Part shown: positions 58,957-64,000 of the stretch, piece after piece
Position numbering within the stretch: position 1 is the first letter of the stretch
How the letters are laid out: every line of letters starts with the position of its first letter
Origin: Verrucomicrobiota bacterium
GTDB taxonomy: Bacteria > Verrucomicrobiota > Verrucomicrobiia > Limisphaerales > JBBRPK01
Length of the DNA stretch: 64,000 bases
Assembly: GCA_038228235.1 (NCBI GenBank)
Contig: JBBRPK010000007.1
Coordinates: forward strand, 5,813-69,812
Direction of reading: 5' to 3'
The notes under the pieces: generated by a model
Seen by the model: only the letters and a program-made list of their open reading frames with translations
Databases searched by the model: none
What the model was told of the DNA's origin: nothing
Translations under genes and position numbers: made by a program

Positions 58957-60084
58957 TTAGTCAGGGAGGCTCGAGAGGCGATGTGTGGGTTGTGGTTTGC
59001 CAGGACGGAAATGTTCTGAGTGCTCCAGTTTTACGCTGAGGCCGGGGAATTGGGCGCTGAGTTCTGCCACTGCGCGGGTCACCGCATCGAGCAATCTCTC
59101 AGGCGCGGCTTCAGCCCGGCAATTGACGATGAGTTGGCCGCTGCGGATGGTTTCGGGCAACTCCAGCGACAACTCAGGCACGAAATCATTTCGGACGAGG
59201 TTTATCACTGCGATGTCCCCGAGGCCTTCGCTGGGGCTGAGGGTCATTTTGAGGTGAGCGACTTCGGCGTGGTTGGCGTTAAGCAACTCCTGTATTCGCC
59301 GGGCGAGGGATTGCAGCAGCACATTGCCATCGAAGGCCGTTGCCGCCTCCAATCCCACCGTGCAGTTTAGCCATCCGAGCAAGGCCTCGCCTTCGGCATA
59401 CACCTTGTAATCCACGGCCATCGCCTCGCCGCCAGACTGTTCGGCAGACGCGAGGCGCGAAAACCATTCGTTGAGTCCCGCGCCATTCCGGGCAGAGATG
59501 GCCAGGATTTCCGCTTTGGGAAACTCAGCAGACAATGTTGCCGTCAATTGCGCAAGCGCGGCCGGATCGAGCAACTCGCGTTTGTTGATGACGATGAAGT
59601 CGGCCTCTTCGAGTTGCTTGCGGTAAATGTAGAGGACCTTTTCTGAAAATTTCCCCCCTGCTGCCAAGCCCAGCATGCGCTGCGCTCGAACCGAATCCAC
59701 GAGCACGCTGAGGGGAGCAATGGAGAAATGGCCCCCATACATACGCCGCAACGGATAAGTGACGGTGGCGACGAGGTCGGTGCAACTGCCGACTGGCTCG
59801 GCGATAAAAACATCGGGCCGGGATTTTTCGGTTAGTTTGTTCGCCGCGTCCACGAGGGAGTTGAAACGGCAACAGAAACAGCCCCCGGGAATTTCCTCGG
59901 TCGCGAAACCCCGGGAGCGGAGCACGGCGGTATCGACAAGTTCGCTGCCCTGATCGTTCGTGATGAGGCCCACCTTCAGACCTTCGGCGGTGAGCTGTTG
60001 CGCCAGTTTGGCGACGCAAGTGGTTTTGCCCGCGCCGAGGAAACCGCCAATCATGATATAACGTGGTTTGGTCAGAAGATTCAT
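58957..60084 (-). CDS. divergent G3E-family P-loop GTPase (CobW/HypB/UreG-like metallochaperone family) with an extra C-terminal domain
   Basis: Walker A reads 'IGGFLGAGKTT' and the CobW-type Cys motif reads 'PGGCFCC'. 'FIAEPVGSCTDL' looks Walker B/switch-like and 'VINKRE' is NKxD-like. The ATG overlaps the stop of the GcvH-like gene (ATGA). Confidence 0.75.
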   Translation of the reverse strand: MNLLTKPRYIMIGGFLGAGKTTCVAKLAQQLTAEGLKVGLITNDQGSELVDTAVLRSRGFATEEIPGGCFCCRFNSLVDAANKLTEKSRPDVFIAEPVGSCTDLVATVTYPLRRMYGGHFSIAPLSVLVDSVRAQRMLGLAAGGKFSEKVLYIYRKQLEEADFIVINKRELLDPAALAQLTATLSAEFPKAEILAISARNGAGLNEWFSRLASAEQSGGEAMAVDYKVYAEGEALLGWLNCTVGLEAATAFDGNVLLQSLARRIQELLNANHAEVAHLKMTLSPSEGLGDIAVINLVRNDFVPELSLELPETIRSGQLIVNCRAEAAPERLLDAVTRAVAELSAQFPGLSVKLEHSEHFRPGKPQPTHRLSSLPD

Positions 60085-60557
60085 TTGCTTTCATCAATCT
60101 TCTGCTTTTCCAGGATTCGGTCAATGGTCTGGTCGAGAATTGTTTTGTAGGCCTGAACATCCACGCATTTGGCGTCGGGCCGGCCGCGGACCTCGTAAAG
60201 CCAGCCAGCGCCATACGGATCTTTGCTGATGGCGCTAATTTTTTCCTTAAGAGCGGGATTCGCGCTGGAAAACTTCCCTTCGAGGACGCAATACACGTCC
60301 GAGATCGCCTTGAAGCCCTCGACCCAGCCGATGATTTGTCCACTGGTCACCGGAGAGTCAGGCGTAAGTTCAAAACCACAATCCACCATATCACCGAGCA
60401 TGCGCGTGGCAAATTTCGTCAGTCCCACCCGCCACAACTCGTCAGCTTGCCGTGCCAGCCACAAGTGTGAGGGACTGTAGCGATAGTCAACCGGCAGGTG
60501 GGTGACAAAATGCGAGCGTTTGTAGTGCAGGGACTTTGGTTTGGCCGCATCGGTCAT
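60081..60557 (-). CDS. glycine-cleavage H-protein-like (lipoyl/biotinyl-domain) protein
   Basis: 'YSPSHLWL..WRVGLTKFATRMLGDMV..ELTPDSPVTSGQIIGWVEGFKAISDVYCVLEGKF...DPYGAGWLYEV' aligns with the GcvH pattern. The Lys of 'ESVKAASD' is retained as 'EGFKAISD'. Confidence 0.75.
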   Translation of the reverse strand: MTDAAKPKSLHYKRSHFVTHLPVDYRYSPSHLWLARQADELWRVGLTKFATRMLGDMVDCGFELTPDSPVTSGQIIGWVEGFKAISDVYCVLEGKFSSANPALKEKISAISKDPYGAGWLYEVRGRPDAKCVDVQAYKTILDQTIDRILEKQKIDESK

Positions 60558-60596
60558 ATTGCGGGGAGTACCCTAGCTCCCGGGACGGAACCTTTG

Positions 60597-60630
60597 CAAG
60601 GTTTGGCACAAGGTTTGGCACAAGGTTGGA
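60597..60630 (+). repeat. tandem 12-mer array (GTTTGGCACAAG x2 plus partial flanking copies) in a divergent promoter region
   Basis: The sequence reads CAAG GTTTGGCACAAG GTTTGGCACAAG GTTGGA. It lies 40 nt upstream of the GcvH-like start (-) and ~125 nt upstream of the cysteine desulfurase start (+). Confidence 0.6.
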
Positions 60631-60752
60631 TAGTGTGACCATTTTGGTTTTGAATTGAGGGCGGGTCCTTCACCTGTAGGCTCTGGGCAAATGGAACATC
60701 TAGCAGTGGAAATCCCTAATAAAGCCTCGCAAGTCAAGGCGTCCGTTGTATT

Positions 60753-61916
60753 TTGCAACAAGGCCGCATGATTTATCTCGACCACAACGCCACCGCTCCA
60801 CTGCATCCCGCTGCGCGGCAGGCCTGGTTGGAGGCGGTGGACAAATTCATCGGAAACCCTTCCAGCCCTCATCGCATAGGCAGCCGGGCCGATGCTGCGC
60901 TGGAAGATGCCAGGTCGCGGCTGGCGCAGATGATAGGCAGCCAGACGCACGATATCGTATGGACTTCAGGAGCCACCGAAGCGAATAACCAGGTGCTGCA
61001 CCATTTCGCGGGAACCCTGCCTTGCGACTCGTCCGTCTGCATTTCGCGCATTGAACATCCCAGTGTAATTGAACCCGCAACGCATTATTTTGGGGCGCGA
61101 GTGCGGTGGATTCCGGTCAACCGTGATGGGGTGGTGGATTTACAATGGCTGGCCGAAGAATTGGCGCAACGCCGGCCTGGCCTGGTCGCAATAATGGCAG
61201 CCAATAATGTGACCGGAGTCATTCAGCCCTGGGAGCAAGCCGCCCAACTTTGCCGCCGCTGGGAAGTGCCCTGTTTTTGCGACGCGGCGCAATGGGCGGG
61301 CAAGGAATCCGCAGCCGGCCTGGGGGCCTGTGATTTTGTGAGCGGATGCGCCCACAAGGTGGGCGGGCCGCGTGGAATCGGTTTTCTGAAAGGCCCCACG
61401 CAGGGCGGCTTCAAACCCTTTCTGTTTGGCGGACCACAGGAGGAAGGACGGCGCGCGGGCACGGAGAATGTCGCCGGAGTGCTGGCATTGATGGCAGTGT
61501 TAGAATTCCGGCAGGGTTTGATGGGTCAAAAGGAGGCCCGCCGACAATTGCGCGACCGTTTTGTCCAACGCATGATAGGGGAGTTGCCTGACGTCGAAAT
61601 CGTAGGAGCTTCACAACCCCGGCTCTGGAATACTGTGGCCGCCATGTTGCCGGAGGTGGATTGCCGCCAACGCTGGGTAGTGAAGCTGGACAAACTAGGG
61701 GTGGCAGTTTCGAGCGGTTCGGCATGTTCCAGCGGCAAAGAGGAGCCTTCCCCGATTTTGCTGGCGATGGGCTATGCGCCCGGGCAGGCCGGACGGGTGC
61801 TGCGCTTCAGCAGCGGGTGGGAAACAGAAGAGAAAGATTGGGATGGATTGCTCACCGCGATAAAGCAAGCTGCGAATGAACTTAGGAAAACGATCTCAGC
61901 TGAGAGCCTGTTATAA
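60753..61916 (+). CDS. cysteine desulfurase (class V aminotransferase, NifS/IscS-like)
   Basis: The N-terminus reads 'IYLDHNATAP', the PLP-lysine context reads 'SGCAHKVGGPRGIGFL' and the catalytic Cys loop reads 'SSGSACSSG'. An alternative ATG lies at 60768. Confidence 0.85.
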   Translation: MQQGRMIYLDHNATAPLHPAARQAWLEAVDKFIGNPSSPHRIGSRADAALEDARSRLAQMIGSQTHDIVWTSGATEANNQVLHHFAGTLPCDSSVCISRIEHPSVIEPATHYFGARVRWIPVNRDGVVDLQWLAEELAQRRPGLVAIMAANNVTGVIQPWEQAAQLCRRWEVPCFCDAAQWAGKESAAGLGACDFVSGCAHKVGGPRGIGFLKGPTQGGFKPFLFGGPQEEGRRAGTENVAGVLALMAVLEFRQGLMGQKEARRQLRDRFVQRMIGELPDVEIVGASQPRLWNTVAAMLPEVDCRQRWVVKLDKLGVAVSSGSACSSGKEEPSPILLAMGYAPGQAGRVLRFSSGWETEEKDWDGLLTAIKQAANELRKTISAESLL

Positions 61917-62006
61917 GGGTTGTCACGATGTCATGCCAGGAATCCCAACGGGATTGTGCGCGAAGCGCACAAACATACCTGTTGTTCCGGATTTGAAATC
62001 ATTCAG

Positions 62007-62092
62007 CCCAGGATTGCGAGCCGCGAGCTATCCTGGGAAAGGTGACCCGAATAATTCCAACCCTGCGAGGGTTGCAGCCACCGGCCCTCGCA
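62007..62092 (+). terminator. pair of GC hairpins downstream of the cysteine desulfurase gene (terminator and/or dispersed-repeat-like)
   Basis: Hairpin 1 is CCCAGGAT (62007-62014) / ATCCTGGG (62030-62037). Hairpin 2 is TGCGAGGG (62064-62071) / CCCTCGCA (62085-62092). Confidence 0.35.
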
Positions 62093-62133
62093 ACCTAAAA
62101 TATCGCTGCAACCCATTTCAGAGTTGAGGAACC

Positions 62134-62484
62134 GTGGCGGCCCTAAAGGCAAGGACTCCGCGCTCCCCAACCCATCGGATATGTTCCTCTCTGACCAAGG
62201 AGGAACGAAAAGCGTTTGCGGGCTACATCGATTTGCTGGAACAAATCGTAGAGCAGACCAAGCAAAATATATTTGGTTTTTTTTTGAACGTGCGGCCAAT
62301 GGCAAGAGTCAGTTACTTTGTAGTGCAAAGTGAAATTGAAACTCTAAAATTGAAGTTTAATCGAATGCCAGTTCAAAAAAAGATGAAAATCCTTCGCGCC
62401 ACTCAATTGTGCATATGCTTTGGCGTGTGCGACGCCATCAGCGTGGCCCTGAATCAACCCGAACCCATTAGATGGAACACATAG
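62134..62484 (+). CDS. hypothetical protein (116 aa), doubtful
   Basis: This is the only ORF in a visibly AT-richer stretch. It contains a T9 run. I recognised no motif. Confidence 0.25.
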   Translation: MAALKARTPRSPTHRICSSLTKEERKAFAGYIDLLEQIVEQTKQNIFGFFLNVRPMARVSYFVVQSEIETLKLKFNRMPVQKKMKILRATQLCICFGVCDAISVALNQPEPIRWNT

Positions 62485-62524
62485 AAAAGGGTAAGGGAAG
62501 GAAATGACCTGGTAGCGCCCTCTT

Positions 62525-63244
62525 ATGGGAAACGACCTCAACACTCTAAATCTGCGAGAGATTCCTACCCTCCTGAGAGGCGAACCGGAGCCGAGTAATC
62601 AGGCCATTCAACACTGCACACCACGGCGCGTTTGGCTCTATCTGGCTGTAATTTTCGCGGGAGCGGGAATTTTCGGCGCGGGCGTTGGTTGTTGGCGTGG
62701 GCCGCTTCAGGCACTTTACACTTCCGTCAAGCTCCCGCTCGTTCTTCTGCTCACCACGCTGGGTAACGCAGTGCTCAACGGAATGCTCGCCCCCTTGCTC
62801 GGATTGAATATCAGCTTTCGCCAATCGCTCACTGCCATCCTGATGAGTTTCACAATCGCGGCGGTGATCCTCGGCTCGTTCAGTCCGCTTCTTTTCTTTC
62901 TCCTGTGGAACGCGCCGGCTCTGGGCGAGAAAGGCGATCTCTCCGAAGGGGCGCACAATCTTATCCTGGTGGTGCAGTCGCTCATCATTGGCTTCGCCGG
63001 GGTGGCGTCAAACCTGCGGTTGGGTCAATTGCTGTGTCGGCTTAGCGGAAGTCCTATCGTCGCGCGCAAAATCCTTTTCGGGTGGCTGGCGGTGAATCTT
63101 TTGCTGGGCGCTCAACTTTCCTGGAACTTTCGACCGTTTGTGGGGGCGCCTGGATTGCCCATCGAATTTCTGAGGAAGAACGCTTTCGAAGGAAATTTTT
63201 TCGAAATCATTTTCAACGCCGCGCGCCATCTGCTCTTTCACTGA
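62525..63244 (+). CDS. polytopic membrane protein (5-6 TM), Yip1-like topology, paralog of the next gene
   Basis: Hydrophobic segments include 'VWLYLAVIFAGAGIFGAGVG', 'LPLVLLLTTLGNAVLNGMLAPLL' and 'LTAILMSFTIAAVILGSFSPLLFFLLW'. The C-terminal 'FRPFVGAPGLPIEFLRKNAFEGNFFE' matches the next ORF. Confidence 0.65.
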   Translation: MGNDLNTLNLREIPTLLRGEPEPSNQAIQHCTPRRVWLYLAVIFAGAGIFGAGVGCWRGPLQALYTSVKLPLVLLLTTLGNAVLNGMLAPLLGLNISFRQSLTAILMSFTIAAVILGSFSPLLFFLLWNAPALGEKGDLSEGAHNLILVVQSLIIGFAGVASNLRLGQLLCRLSGSPIVARKILFGWLAVNLLLGAQLSWNFRPFVGAPGLPIEFLRKNAFEGNFFEIIFNAARHLLFH

Positions 63245-63278
63245 CTCACAATATCTCAACCCTAAAACCCAAACAAAT

Positions 63279-64000
63279 ATGAGCGATAGCGATTACCTGC
63301 CCCCTCCCATCCCTCCTCAAATTCAGAACCAGCCCCCGACGCTGCCGGCGTTACCGTTGGAGGAGACCCTGGAGGATCGCGAGCCGGTGTCGGGTGTCCT
63401 GCCCGCGGTCGAAGCAATCCTCCGGCAACCGCGGCGGATTCTGCGCCAGCTTCGGCAGGAAGGCCACGGCAGTTTGATCGCGTGCCTTATATTGATCGCA
63501 GTCGCTTGCAGTCTGGTTTACGGGCTGGTCGTTGGCAGCTTCTCGCGAGGCGACCAGCTTTATCAGTTCTGGACCGCGCCCGTCAAAATCGCGCTCGGGC
63601 TGGTCCTCTCCGCTTTGATTTGCCTGCCCAGCCTTTACATCTTTTCCTGCCTGAGCGGTTCTCCGGCGCGCCTCGTGGAAGTGTTTGGGGTTCTGGCAGG
63701 GGTGTTAGCTTTGACCACGGTTCTGCTAATTGGTTTCGCGCCCGTGGCCTGGGTTTTCTCCGAGTCCACCAAATCGCTGCCAGCCATTAGCGCCCTTCAT
63801 CTGTTTTTTTGGCTGGTGGCGACATATTTCGGCTTGCGATTTTTGCACACCGGTTTCGCTCACCTGGGCGCCAAATCCAATGGTGGCGTGAAAGTCTGGG
63901 TCGTGATTTTTCTCCTGGTGGCCTTGCAAATGACTACCGCCCTTCGTCCGATCGTGGGGACGGCTCCCACTTTCCTCCCTGCGGAAAAAAAGTTCTTTGT
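63279..64000 (+). CDS. polytopic membrane protein with Pro-rich N-terminus (Yip1-like), 3'-truncated by the window edge
   Basis: This ORF is not in the supplied track because no stop occurs before the window end. My own translation from ATG 63279 gives 'MSDSDYLPPPIPPQIQNQPPTLPALPLEETLEDREPVSGVLPAVEAILRQPRRILRQLRQEGHGSLIACLILIAVACSLVYG...ALRPIVGTAPTFLPAEKKFF', with no stop codon to nt 64000. Confidence 0.65.
   Translation, partial: MSDSDYLPPPIPPQIQNQPPTLPALPLEETLEDREPVSGVLPAVEAILRQPRRILRQLRQEGHGSLIACLILIAVACSLVYGLVVGSFSRGDQLYQFWTAPVKIALGLVLSALICLPSLYIFSCLSGSPARLVEVFGVLAGVLALTTVLLIGFAPVAWVFSESTKSLPAISALHLFFWLVATYFGLRFLHTGFAHLGAKSNGGVKVWVVIFLLVALQMTTALRPIVGTAPTFLPAEKKFF

Noticed and set aside
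60601-60630. TGGCAC boxes in the tandem 12-mers, considered as sigma-54 promoters.
   Set aside because: The -12 element is out of register. In TGGCACaaggtTTGGC the GC falls one position too far, and the second copy has no GC at all.

Overview
This is a high-GC chromosomal segment, most consistent with a PVC-superphylum bacterium (Verrucomicrobiota or Planctomycetota). It carries both lineage-typical orphan gene pairs, PSCyt/DUF1549/DUF1553 + DUF1501 and DUF1592-family + DUF1552. It also encodes many very large secreted proteins with Tat or lipoprotein signals.

I call about 45 protein-coding genes. I found no rRNA, tRNA, CRISPR array, transposase or integrase.

Main blocks:
(1) 1-2411 (+): a PQQ-type dehydrogenase (5'-truncated) and a TolB-like propeller protein.
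(2) 2542-26616 (all minus strand, ~24 kb): DUF1552, a beta-lactamase-fold hydrolase, a DUF1592-family protein, an HMA-domain protein, PSCyt/DUF1549/DUF1553, DUF1501, a sensor kinase, a LuxR-type response regulator, a 2097-aa LTD/CotH giant protein and a 4x discoidin-like repeat protein.
(3) 26944-30391 (+): glnK-amtB-glnA behind a near-consensus sigma-54 promoter.
(4) 30590-34374 (-): an MFS transporter, cardiolipin synthase and PlsC-like acyltransferase.
(5) 34554-42421: a prolyl-oligopeptidase::PhoD fusion lipoprotein, transcribed divergently from a tricorn-like protease.
(6) 42660-53923: a small-gene islet, methyltransferase, OMP, UbiA prenyltransferase, SWIM-SNF2 helicase, ferritin-like protein, a second beta-lactamase-fold hydrolase and a DUF5069-like protein.
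(7) 54158-58780 (+): a five-gene LIV-type ABC transporter.
(8) 58957-61916: a G3E GTPase coupled to a GcvH-like gene, divergent from a cysteine desulfurase.
(9) 62525-64000 (+): two tandem paralogous membrane proteins, the second truncated by the window edge.

The best candidate for an undescribed system is block 2. The periplasmic sensor domain of the histidine kinase is a close paralog of a domain inserted into the adjacent PSCyt/DUF1549/DUF1553 protein. By hand alignment, about 79 of 133 residues are identical. Six more distantly related copies of the same fold decorate the two giant secreted proteins downstream of the response regulator. A shared C6-N4-G5+ hairpin motif also sits in two operon junctions of this cluster.

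All family assignments rest on motifs I recognised by eye. No database search was possible.
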